A model generated the notes under the pieces. That model was given only the letters and a program-made list of their open reading frames with translations. It searched no databases and was not told the DNA's origin. From contig CP070758.1 of assembly GCA_020348925.1 (NCBI GenBank), positions 948,469 through 1,012,468 on the forward strand: a stretch of 64,000 nucleotides of DNA, given 5' to 3'. Origin of the DNA: Gemmatimonadota bacterium (GTDB lineage Bacteria > JBHIER01 > G020348925). This document shows, one piece after another, positions 49,016 through 58,616 of this stretch. The position numbers and the translations under genes are program-made. How positions within the stretch are numbered: position 1 is the stretch's first letter; each line of letters starts with the position of its first letter.

Positions 49016-50257
49016 TTACTCTCCTTGTGTATCGAGTATAGACTCATGCCCCTCTCTTTCCACTGAGGTAGACTCAGACCTGAAGGTTTCCGAAGTACAC
49101 CCGCCAATTCCCAAAACCACATTTACAATCCCCAGAGCATCGAGCATATCAATCTGCTCATCTCCATTGCAGTCGGCTCGCTGAAGAGCATTCTCATCCA
49201 ATACTTGAATACTCAAAATATGGTTCACTATGGCCAGAACGTCCAGTATATCAATACTTTCATCACCGTCCACATCGCCTATGATGATACTTCCCGTTTT
49301 TCGATTCGGAGTATAAAACTCCTCGTCATATACCGTACCCTCTCTCAAATAATGTCTCAGGCGCAGGCTGTCCGCCCCCACTGTTAATTCAGTATATCCA
49401 TAATGGTTACTGTTTTTACCGTAAGCCGCGACGAAGTAGCCGTTGCCGTCATGGTTCGGTTCGGGTATATCAATGGGTGCACCACCATTTCCTGTTACAA
49501 CCTGGACTGTACCGTTTTCAGGATCGAGGGGGGGATTTTTCTCACCATTCAATTGGAGTTTCTTTGACCTCACATAATAATGAGCGTGCCCGGTAAAAAT
49601 GATATCACATCCGTTTTGGTACAGAGGGATCCCCCAGGTATCGTGTATGTCGTCCTGATAACTTTTTTCTCCGAAATCGAAGATAGGGTGATGCCAGAAG
49701 GCGAAGAGCCACGTTTTCGGATTATTCTCAATAGCATCCAGGAGCATGGTATATTGCGTGCCGGTTTTCGAGGACTTATCCGAATCCAGAATGACAAACC
49801 GGGCATTCTCGTAATCAAAAAAGAAGAATTTCCCCTCGTTCCCGTACTGTTCCACCTGGCCTGAGAGATACAAATTCCAGTTTGTTAATCCGCTAATTGT
49901 CTCTGTATTGTCATGATTTCCAGGAGCTGCCATGTATTGCGGCGGGATGAAGTCCTGGTCAAAACCACCCAAAACACTTTTCGTTTCCTGGTAAAAACCT
50001 TCCCATTCACTCCGGTTATCTCCATGATCGACAACATCCCCAACGTTGATGATAAATACATAATCCGGAGTATTCACCACCATCGATTGCATGATCTGTT
50101 TATGCTGGGTGCGGGGTGGATTATTTCTGGTATCACCGTAAGCAATCCACTTCCATGAGTCCGCATTTATAGATAGAGGCATAAGAATAAAAAGTAAGAG
50201 CAATGAAGCTCCAAAATACATACAGCCAGGAAGATACTGTCCATTTCTCAAATTCAT
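49016..50257 (-). CDS. Secreted metallophosphoesterase (purple acid phosphatase-like) with dockerin
   Basis: YGDTR, GDVVD, GNHD, HHP and GHAH; GDVDGD..ILDV..ADCNGD dockerin. Confidence 0.9.
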   Translation of the reverse strand: MNLRNGQYLPGCMYFGASLLLLFILMPLSINADSWKWIAYGDTRNNPPRTQHKQIMQSMVVNTPDYVFIINVGDVVDHGDNRSEWEGFYQETKSVLGGFDQDFIPPQYMAAPGNHDNTETISGLTNWNLYLSGQVEQYGNEGKFFFFDYENARFVILDSDKSSKTGTQYTMLLDAIENNPKTWLFAFWHHPIFDFGEKSYQDDIHDTWGIPLYQNGCDIIFTGHAHYYVRSKKLQLNGEKNPPLDPENGTVQVVTGNGGAPIDIPEPNHDGNGYFVAAYGKNSNHYGYTELTVGADSLRLRHYLREGTVYDEEFYTPNRKTGSIIIGDVDGDESIDILDVLAIVNHILSIQVLDENALQRADCNGDEQIDMLDALGIVNVVLGIGGCTSETFRSESTSVEREGHESILDTQGE

Positions 50258-50281
50258 GATCTCTCTTTTACTGATGACCCT

Positions 50282-52525
50282 TCAATTTTCCTCTATTCGG
50301 GAAAAACTGATTGTGCCGTCTTTTCTTTCCACCTCAATCCTTTGCCCGTCAAGAAACACTTCAGGTGTGTTCTGTACCATAAGTTGGAAACTGACGATGC
50401 ATTCCCCTTCGACATCTACACGATTGTTCTGAACAGATATATCAACATTCGACCCAAGTAGAGATGCAATCTTTCTGCCTCGGTATTTGAGACATGATCC
50501 TTCGACCATTTGGTATTCAGTAATATCCCTGTTTCCATCAAAACGTACAAAGGCCATCCTGGCATCTGTTTCGAAATCTTCAACTCCACACCGGTGTCCC
50601 GAGATCTCCTGTTCGAAGAAAAGGTCAGTCCTATCAATGGATGAGATACGTACAGCCGTCCCACAAGATGAACCCCTTTTTTCTGATTCAGATTGAACGG
50701 GGAGACGCTCTACATTGAACATCGGTGCTTCAATTCTGAATGGATAGAGAACCGTCGCCCAAGTGATGGGCGGCTCTCCACGGGTTGAGCATCGTATCAC
50801 TGGGGCACTTACTCTGTGCCGATAGTTGTAGGAAAGCCAGCCTTCCTCGAAACTCATATTCACATCAGGCAATAATGAATAGAGGTGGAAGTTGGGTGCA
50901 GCAATATATTTACCTTCAGGCTCCATTGAAACATCCCCCAAGATCTTGTCACTCAGATGCCAGTACTGATCATAACGATGTTTCCCACGACCCAACAATC
51001 TGTCCACCACAATCCAGTAGTCCGGTTTGGCAAAAAACACAGATCTTCGATGAGTTACCTGCGGATGGCTGTTTTGAACACCGACAACGTAATCGAATTT
51101 CGATAATGAATGCCATTGGGCTTCAGGTGGTGTATATCGCCGCGGTTGATTCTGTTCATCTATGACTATTGTATTATGAGCTGCAGTACTCTTAAAATAA
51201 TCTCTTTCCTTGCCTTCATTATAGGTAAATCTTCCCGGATCTTTCAACAAATCCTGACCGTATGCGGTCACAACAAGGTTCAACATATCGTAATGTGCAT
51301 GCCACGGTTCATTTGAGCCGCAATCAAACAACAGATAAAGCTCTTCATTATAAGGAATTCCATTATTGCCCCAACCGCTTCGCATGACATAATAACCTCC
51401 ATCCGGGAAAGCGGCAGAACATTCAACGGGTGGATTCCCTTCCCTTCCATCGGTGGCCACGTAAATCATATCCGGCCAATTCCAAAACTTTCCCCATTTG
51501 TACAGAACAGTTCGTTCATCCCGCTCATCCGTGTCACCGATTTGAGGGACGACACCGGTTGGTTTATACAGATTCATGAGAGCCTTGGCCGGTTGTAGGA
51601 ATGAATCTTCAATTGGCGAAAGAGGTATCTGCGAATATAATGACGATTCGATTCCATTTTTTTTTGCCAACCTCACAAAATCAAACCAGACTTCCAACTC
51701 ATGAGCGTGATAAGGCGGACTGACCTCCACATGCATACCATCTTCATGGTAGCTGTGCTCAAGCTGAAAGCGCATACGAAACCATATTTCCTTGTTCCAC
51801 AATTCATATTGCCGAAACTCTGGGAATAATATAACGGCCAGCGATAGGCCGGCGTTTTCAAATGTTCCCCAATTCGAATAGCGCCGCCAATTCTCTGGTT
51901 GATATGAAAATTCCGCCTGTTCTGCAATGGACTGGAGTATCATTGCATGGAACTCAGGACTTACCGAAGGTGATTTGAGATCTTGTACAAACATCCAATA
52001 GGAAATGATCCAATTTTGGAGACGACGCCCAGTGTCTATGGTTCTTGGATATCCCGGATTCCCCAATTGAATCCAGCTCTTGATTTGTTCCATCCAGGCA
52101 TAGACATATTTTTCATCTTTCGTCTGCTGATACACTCCCACATAATTTGAAAACCAATTCATCCGGTTTAGCGAAAATTGCCACTCCTTATCTTCATGAA
52201 TCAATGTCCAATCGATTTTATCGCCAAAATCATGGGTCGATGATTTTATACGAAAGATATTTTTGACATTTCGATCGGCTTTCTCTCTGTCATATTCAAA
52301 TTCAAAACCATCCAATTTTCTATTCGTACGGTACTGAAAATATTTCAGTAATTCACTTCTTGCCTCAGGCAGATTATCTTTCTGATAGGCAGTTTTTACC
52401 TTCTCCATTCCCGGAAAATCAAGATTAAGATGCTGGAACACCTCATCAGAAGAAGTCTGGGCAGAAAGGGACAGCAAAGGCACCCATAGCAAACAAGCCA
52501 CTTGTATGATTATTCTTGAAAGCAT
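50282..52525 (-). CDS. Heparinase II/III-family lyase (PL12/heparinase III-like)
   Basis: DKEWQFSLNR, SNW, DGMHVE.SPPYH, PQIGD, MRSGW, HAHYD, DPGRFTY and STAAHNT. Confidence 0.88.
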   Translation of the reverse strand: MLSRIIIQVACLLWVPLLSLSAQTSSDEVFQHLNLDFPGMEKVKTAYQKDNLPEARSELLKYFQYRTNRKLDGFEFEYDREKADRNVKNIFRIKSSTHDFGDKIDWTLIHEDKEWQFSLNRMNWFSNYVGVYQQTKDEKYVYAWMEQIKSWIQLGNPGYPRTIDTGRRLQNWIISYWMFVQDLKSPSVSPEFHAMILQSIAEQAEFSYQPENWRRYSNWGTFENAGLSLAVILFPEFRQYELWNKEIWFRMRFQLEHSYHEDGMHVEVSPPYHAHELEVWFDFVRLAKKNGIESSLYSQIPLSPIEDSFLQPAKALMNLYKPTGVVPQIGDTDERDERTVLYKWGKFWNWPDMIYVATDGREGNPPVECSAAFPDGGYYVMRSGWGNNGIPYNEELYLLFDCGSNEPWHAHYDMLNLVVTAYGQDLLKDPGRFTYNEGKERDYFKSTAAHNTIVIDEQNQPRRYTPPEAQWHSLSKFDYVVGVQNSHPQVTHRRSVFFAKPDYWIVVDRLLGRGKHRYDQYWHLSDKILGDVSMEPEGKYIAAPNFHLYSLLPDVNMSFEEGWLSYNYRHRVSAPVIRCSTRGEPPITWATVLYPFRIEAPMFNVERLPVQSESEKRGSSCGTAVRISSIDRTDLFFEQEISGHRCGVEDFETDARMAFVRFDGNRDITEYQMVEGSCLKYRGRKIASLLGSNVDISVQNNRVDVEGECIVSFQLMVQNTPEVFLDGQRIEVERKDGTISFSRIEEN

Positions 52526-52549
52526 CTTAGATCCCGATGCAGTTTTCTT

Positions 52550-53764
52550 TCATTCTCTCTCAAAAATCAGTGCGGCCAGTGCTTCCATTAAGTAATAATC
52601 TCCCCAAATGGTTTCGCTGTCCGCATTTTTATAAATCTGATAACACCCATTTCTGAGTATACCGACCAGACTTTCTGGCTCGATAAAGGGAGTTAAATGA
52701 CCTTTGATTAGATTGGCTACCATTTGTTTTCCAAATTCATAATATATGATCCTGGCGTTTGGATCGGTGACAGTCTTCGAGAGTTGAAGGAAGGCTGATG
52801 CTGCGATAGCACCCGCCGATGTATCCTTGTATTTTCCAGGATCGTCATAATCGTACCATGGAACGCCGTCATCAGGAAGATGAACAATAATATATTCGCC
52901 GAGAGCTTTCGCTGCATCGAGAAAAACGTCGTTCCCAGTTGCTTCATAGGCTTTTAAAAATCCATAGAAACCCCACGATTGTCCCCGTGACCAGCAACTC
53001 GAATCGGAATAACCTTGATGAGTGTGCTTTTTAATAATTTTACCTGTGGATGAATCATAATGCACAGATTGCCATGTGGAACCATCTTCCCGAATGAAAT
53101 CGGTAAGAGTTGTCTGGGCATGTAATAGTGCTATTTCGGGACATGAATTTTTCAAAGGATCATTTTCGTTCGCATTGAAGTGAGTCCACCAGAGGAGCTG
53201 CAGATTCATCATGGTGTCAATGATAACATTTTCTTTATCCTTGAGATTCTGAGGAATTATTCCGCCTGAAGATTGAAACATCTCAACAAGTTGACGGGCG
53301 GCCTGTAAGGCGCTGTTGAGATAGCTCGGATTTTTCGTCAGTTTGTAGGCGTAAACGGAAGAGTAGAAATAGACAAATCCGCGATCATGATTTCCCTCAT
53401 GCTCGTAGCCCAGGATTGAATCGTTCCATGCCCTGGCCCATTCGAGATATTTTTCCTGCCCTGTTTTCTCATACGCCATCCACAGCATTCCGACCCAGAA
53501 TCCTCCCGTCCATTTGGGATTCCTGTGCGTTTTCCACTCACCGGTCGCATTATCGGCAAGCATCGGAAAATAGCCCGGCTCAATATGCTGGACAGTCCAC
53601 TCAATCCGATCCAGCATTGTTTCCCATGCCTGTGTGTAGATGTCAGTTCTATCTGACCTTGCCGTGGTCGGCCGGGCATGTAAACAGCACACAATAAAGA
53701 ATAAAAGGACAGTGCTTATACGAACCGATGAAAAGTCCATACCAGACGCTAAAAAAGTCTTCAT
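52550..53764 (-). CDS. GH88 unsaturated glucuronyl hydrolase
   Basis: WTGGFWVG, HDRGF, IIDTMMNL, THQG, WSRGQSW, DTSA and WGDYY; likely start 53764. Confidence 0.92.
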   Translation of the reverse strand: MKTFLASGMDFSSVRISTVLLFFIVCCLHARPTTARSDRTDIYTQAWETMLDRIEWTVQHIEPGYFPMLADNATGEWKTHRNPKWTGGFWVGMLWMAYEKTGQEKYLEWARAWNDSILGYEHEGNHDRGFVYFYSSVYAYKLTKNPSYLNSALQAARQLVEMFQSSGGIIPQNLKDKENVIIDTMMNLQLLWWTHFNANENDPLKNSCPEIALLHAQTTLTDFIREDGSTWQSVHYDSSTGKIIKKHTHQGYSDSSCWSRGQSWGFYGFLKAYEATGNDVFLDAAKALGEYIIVHLPDDGVPWYDYDDPGKYKDTSAGAIAASAFLQLSKTVTDPNARIIYYEFGKQMVANLIKGHLTPFIEPESLVGILRNGCYQIYKNADSETIWGDYYLMEALAALIFERE

Positions 53765-53771
53765 ATTCGTC

Positions 53772-54764
53772 CTACCTCGACACGACCTCAAATGTATCAA
53801 CGATGTTTCCTTCAATATCGTAGACCATACCATTGATATTTTCCCCCATCACCTTTATAAAGATAAAGTGATGGATATTCATGGTGACATTCTCTGCATT
53901 GTTTGTCAAATCTCCGTATTTTGCCTCGTCCCACTTTTTGATGGGTGCTCCACCACCACCAGTAATGACGTGCAGGAGCCCGTCGTGGGCGGAACGATGA
54001 TAGATATGTTCGTGCCCCGCAAAGAAGATATCCACACTATGTTTGTTCATGAGTGCCCACAAAGTGTCCCTGTCGGCAGGATACTTGTCAAGCGAATTCC
54101 CAAGATGATTCTTTACAGGATAGGCGGGTTCGTGAATAAAGACAAAAATGTTTTCTGCTAATGTGGTTTTGAGATCGAGTTTGAGCCATTCAAGCTGCTC
54201 GGCCGTGATTTTATGTCTTTTCCTGAATTCATGGGAATTCAGTACAACAAAATGTGAATTCCCATAATTGAAGCTGTACCAGCGTTCATTTCCGGGTAAA
54301 TTAAATTGATTGCAGTACAGCTCCTCGGATACAGGATTCCCTCCGCTCACATCGTGATTCCCGATTACCGGGTACAGTGGGATCCCGGCTTCGACAAGCG
54401 GTTGCATTGGTTCATTAAATTGTATTTCATATTCTTTGAGCAGGCTGTCAACTGTAACGTTTTTCCCTCCACTGGTAATCAAGTCACCGGTTAACACAAC
54501 AAAGGCTGGATTGAGCCTGCTTATATGGCGAACGAGTTTTTCAAAGATGTCAGGATGTGAGCGGCTATCGCCCATTACGACAAAGGAAAACCGATCGGTT
54601 TCACTCTGAAGTGAAGGCAACATGCCGCGCCATTTTCCTAAATTCTCCCTATAGTTCACACATCCGAAAAACCAAGAGATTACGATCAAAAAAACGAAAG
54701 AAAAAAGATGTTTCTGTACAAGTTTCATCTTGCACCCCCAAAAGTATCGTTCAATCCAGCCCAT
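53772..54764 (-). CDS. Metallophosphoesterase, putative lipoprotein
   Basis: Lipobox-like FFGC; GDSR, TGDL, GNHD and GHEH. Confidence 0.9.
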   Translation of the reverse strand: MGWIERYFWGCKMKLVQKHLFSFVFLIVISWFFGCVNYRENLGKWRGMLPSLQSETDRFSFVVMGDSRSHPDIFEKLVRHISRLNPAFVVLTGDLITSGGKNVTVDSLLKEYEIQFNEPMQPLVEAGIPLYPVIGNHDVSGGNPVSEELYCNQFNLPGNERWYSFNYGNSHFVVLNSHEFRKRHKITAEQLEWLKLDLKTTLAENIFVFIHEPAYPVKNHLGNSLDKYPADRDTLWALMNKHSVDIFFAGHEHIYHRSAHDGLLHVITGGGGAPIKKWDEAKYGDLTNNAENVTMNIHHFIFIKVMGENINGMVYDIEGNIVDTFEVVSR

Positions 54765-54789
54765 TTTATACCAATAAGAAAGTAATCAG

Positions 54790-54842
54790 AAAAAAGGCGG
54801 GAATAAAAACACTCTCAAGGGAAGCTCTTACCCCCGCCTTTT
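54790..54842 (-). terminator. Long hairpin/intrinsic terminator after the beta-helix gene
   Basis: Minus strand AAAAGGCGGG...CCCGCCTTTTTT, with a G:U-extended stem. Confidence 0.7.
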
Positions 54843-54868
54843 ATTCTGCGTTACACGTTCAAACCGAT

Positions 54869-57800
54869 CTACTTTAACAACATCATCTTCATCGTTTTGG
54901 TGAAAGACCCGGCATTAAGCCGATAGAAATAGACTCCACTGGATACTTCACTCCCGTCCTCGCCCCTGCCGTCCCAGCGAACAACGTGATATCCTATGGG
55001 CTGTTTCTCATTGACAAGGGTTTTCACCTTCTGTCCCAAGACATTATACACCACCAACTTCACCGGACTCTCCTTGGCGAGGGCATAATCAATCGTTGTC
55101 ACCGGGTTGAAGGGATTGGGATAGTTCTGGGCCAGGCTGTATTCAATCGGAAGATTCATAGCCGATTTGACCAATGCCATAAATGCAGCAAAATCCTCAG
55201 GCGAAAGGTAGGTCTTCAATGACTTCAGGAACTCCAAGGTCTCGGAATTGAACGCTGCCTTTGCACCGGCTGGTGGGCACGTACCTGTACCAAGGATTAC
55301 GTTCACAATACCCAATGCATCCAGAACGTCGATCTCACCATCCATGTTGCAGTCCGCCAGAACTAAGCCTTCACCCTCAAGAGGTGCAGTACCCAATATG
55401 TGGTTCACCACGCCCAGAACGTCAAGAACATCGACGACACCGTCACCATTGCAATCACCCGCAATCCCCCCACTCCCACTCCAGGTTCCCCAGCGAGGAT
55501 CGCCCAGATTTGTCCCATCGGAAGCCGTTCCGACGCCGAGACAACTCTCCACTATGGCCAGATCGAGGGTCGCAGAAGATGTGTCCTTGAACATCGGATC
55601 GTCTTCGAAGTTGAAGATCGGGAAAGTGAGTGTGGTATCATCCTCTGAAACGATGTTCTCAGCACATTCCCAGAACATGTTATACTCGACCGTTGGAGAA
55701 GGTCCGTACACACGCACACCTTCCGCCGCCTGATTGACAAATATGTTGTCCCGGATGACAACCATTGTATCGTTCTCGGCGTGAATCCCGATATTGCTCG
55801 TACGACCGCTTACAGTGGGGTCATTGTAAAAGAAGGTACAGTGCGACACCTCTAAGTCTCCTACGTTATTAAGACGGATATTGTTCTGACCAACTTTATA
55901 GAAGGTGCAATTCGTAATTCTCGCTACACCCACGTTGCGAGCATCGTGTTTGCCGTATATACCGGTCTCACCGATCTCCTTGAAGAGACAGTTGTTAACG
56001 ATCAGGGTATCCGTATAGTTGTTGTCATTCATGTGAATGGGTCTCAGACGATACCCGACGAACTCGCAATCCTCAATAACAACTGTACCGAAATCGTCGG
56101 CCTCGTCATTGAAATAGATGCCGTACGGTATTCCATTCTCAACTATTCCATCACCCTCTATTCTCACACCTTTGATGGTTATCGGTCCATAGATTTTGTA
56201 TCGGGACTCGTTGAAGGCAGCTTTCAGCACAGGCTTTTCGGATAATCCGGGCTTGGCCATCAAAACCAGGGGTATTGCCGGAAAGCTGAACTTTACGGAA
56301 GAGTAATAAACTCCCCCATCTGTTGTCAGCGAGATCGTGTCTCCGGCAGTCAGGTGCTCTTTAATCGGCACGAACCAGTCCGTACCCGCTTCAACTTCCC
56401 AGCGTGTCACAGCGGATGGATCGGTAATTCCCCATCGGGGATCGCCCATGTTGCCACCATCAGAAGCCGTACCGATACAAGGAGATGTCATTACATTCAA
56501 CGCCAATGAAAAGTTGTCAACAGACGTGTCCTCAAATCCAGGATTGGCGTAAATATTCCCAACAGTGGAGACATTTGTGGCGTCAGCGTCATCGATGTCC
56601 AAAGCGTTATCCCAGAAACAATTGAACTCCACCTCGGGGTCAGATCCATAAACCTTCACACCAGCCACGCCGCAGGACATGAAGATGTTATCCCTGATAA
56701 CCGTCCCGTTAACGTGATCTTTGGGGTAGATTCCCCTTTGGCCGACATTGTAAAAAGTACAATTAGTGACCGTCAACGGACCACCGCCTTCGACAATGTA
56801 AATGGCGTGGTTATTGAGATTCCAGAAGGAGCAATTGGTGATGGTGGCCGTATTGACGAGCCCCGATGTCTCTTTGAAGTAGATGGGAGGATTATTCGCA
56901 TCGTGAAACACGCAGTTGTTGACGACGAGGTTGTCGATAATCGGCTCCTTGGAAACGATGGCGTTTCCGCGCATGTTGTAGAAATCGCAATCCTCTAAAA
57001 CCACGAAGTCAACAGGCTTGTTCTGATAGAGCATTCTGTATGTCGAGTTGTCCCCGTTCTCCGCATAGAGCCCGTCAAATGCCAGACCGATGACCGTCAA
57101 GTTGTCATTCACCTTGCCGACGTATCCCCCATCGTTGGTGGATAATACCGGCTTGTTTGTCAATCCCGGTGCGGCCATCAGCACCAGCTCTTGGCTGGGT
57201 ATATAGCCTGAAGCCGGGGTCATGTAACTGCCGCCGTCGGTGACAAACACGACCGTATCACCTTCGGTCAGGACATCCTTGATATTGTTAATCCAGTTAT
57301 TGTTTGCCTGGATCTCCCAGAGGGTGACAGCATCAGCGTCGTACGTTCCCCATCGCGTATCACCCATATCCCCGCCATCGGAGGCTGTGCCGATGCAGGG
57401 AGAGGTGAGAGCAAGGGCAAGGGAAATATCATCACCATACGTATCCTCGTACCATGGATTGGCGAAGATGTTCCCCGTGGGAAATGTCAGCGTCGTGTCG
57501 TCCGACTCGATATACGTTTCTGTCGTATCGTTCCAGAAGCAGTTGTACTCCACAATGGGATCCGTACCGTAGGCCTTCACACCGCTGGTGCCGCACATCA
57601 TGAAGATGTTGTCCCGAATCACTAAGCCATTGGTACAGCTTAACGGATAGACACCTCGTCCGGCAATGCTGAGAAAACTGCAGCTTGAGACCTCCACCGT
57701 GTCCTCAGCACCACTGAAATACAGAGCATGTGAATTCGCATTCCAGAAGGAGCTGTTGGTAACCTTGACGTACTTGATGAGTCCGGGATTGTCTTTGAAA

Positions 57801-58342
57801 TACAACGGGCTGCCGTTGATATCCCAAAACGAGCAGTTGTTTACAATGATGGTATCTGTGATCGTTGACTTCGACGTGATGGCTCTTCCTCTTATGTTAT
57901 AAAAATCACAGTCCTCCACCACAAGCTTTTCGATATTCTTGTTGAGATAAAGAATCCGGTATGTGCCACCGTCTCCGTTTTCATCGTGTAAACCGTTAAA
58001 GGCAAGCCCAGAGATCTTTAAGTTGCCATTCACCTTACCGATATAACCCGGATCGTTGGTGGACAGAACCGGCTTGTTGACCAATCCCGGCGCGGCCATC
58101 ATCACTAAGTTTTTTGAAGGAAAATATCCTGAGTTCGGGGTCATGTAGCTTCCCCCGTCCGTGACAAACATGATCGTGTCACCATCCGCAACCAAGCTCG
58201 AGATGGGCGCAAGCCAGTCATCGCTCTCTATGACTTCATGCACGGTGGCAAAAACGGGCGTCGTCATCACAAATATGACAGCCGCCATGATGAGAAAAGA
58301 GAACAAATTCACCTCTTTTCCAAAAAATTTCCACTTCATCAT
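54869..58342 (-). CDS. Secreted protein with three tandem parallel beta-helix modules, dockerin and T9SS-type CTD
   Basis: Three ~300-aa repeats, each ending GTASDGxxxGDxRWG; GDCNGDG..ADCNMDG dockerin; AQNYPNPFNP...SGVYFYRL. Confidence 0.88.
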   Translation of the reverse strand: MMKWKFFGKEVNLFSFLIMAAVIFVMTTPVFATVHEVIESDDWLAPISSLVADGDTIMFVTDGGSYMTPNSGYFPSKNLVMMAAPGLVNKPVLSTNDPGYIGKVNGNLKISGLAFNGLHDENGDGGTYRILYLNKNIEKLVVEDCDFYNIRGRAITSKSTITDTIIVNNCSFWDINGSPLYFKDNPGLIKYVKVTNSSFWNANSHALYFSGAEDTVEVSSCSFLSIAGRGVYPLSCTNGLVIRDNIFMMCGTSGVKAYGTDPIVEYNCFWNDTTETYIESDDTTLTFPTGNIFANPWYEDTYGDDISLALALTSPCIGTASDGGDMGDTRWGTYDADAVTLWEIQANNNWINNIKDVLTEGDTVVFVTDGGSYMTPASGYIPSQELVLMAAPGLTNKPVLSTNDGGYVGKVNDNLTVIGLAFDGLYAENGDNSTYRMLYQNKPVDFVVLEDCDFYNMRGNAIVSKEPIIDNLVVNNCVFHDANNPPIYFKETSGLVNTATITNCSFWNLNNHAIYIVEGGGPLTVTNCTFYNVGQRGIYPKDHVNGTVIRDNIFMSCGVAGVKVYGSDPEVEFNCFWDNALDIDDADATNVSTVGNIYANPGFEDTSVDNFSLALNVMTSPCIGTASDGGNMGDPRWGITDPSAVTRWEVEAGTDWFVPIKEHLTAGDTISLTTDGGVYYSSVKFSFPAIPLVLMAKPGLSEKPVLKAAFNESRYKIYGPITIKGVRIEGDGIVENGIPYGIYFNDEADDFGTVVIEDCEFVGYRLRPIHMNDNNYTDTLIVNNCLFKEIGETGIYGKHDARNVGVARITNCTFYKVGQNNIRLNNVGDLEVSHCTFFYNDPTVSGRTSNIGIHAENDTMVVIRDNIFVNQAAEGVRVYGPSPTVEYNMFWECAENIVSEDDTTLTFPIFNFEDDPMFKDTSSATLDLAIVESCLGVGTASDGTNLGDPRWGTWSGSGGIAGDCNGDGVVDVLDVLGVVNHILGTAPLEGEGLVLADCNMDGEIDVLDALGIVNVILGTGTCPPAGAKAAFNSETLEFLKSLKTYLSPEDFAAFMALVKSAMNLPIEYSLAQNYPNPFNPVTTIDYALAKESPVKLVVYNVLGQKVKTLVNEKQPIGYHVVRWDGRGEDGSEVSSGVYFYRLNAGSFTKTMKMMLLK

Positions 58343-58428
58343 ACACCTCTTTTCGTTATCGATGTACCTCTCGCATTACTACTTTCTATGCATAAAAACA
58401 TCGCGATTGTAAACCGTAATTTCCTCAT
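58339..58428 (-). CDS. Putative 29-aa leader ORF (MRKLRFTIAMFLCIESSNARGTSITKRGV)
   Basis: GAAAGGAG RBS; its stop overlaps the next start as ATGA. Confidence 0.35.
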   Translation of the reverse strand: MRKLRFTIAMFLCIESSNARGTSITKRGV

Positions 58429-58616
58429 TTGTCTCCTTTCCTGGTAAACAATTTGACAGTTTCCCACGGATCCATATCCAAGTATAATGGTGATGGTGTA
58501 TCACCCCCTTTCACTATTTCGTTTTCACTTGAACAATTTTCGTTACGTTTCACATCTGCGGCCCTCCTTTCTCCTATTCTCACCTTACCTATTACACCTC
58601 AAACAGTCATTACACT

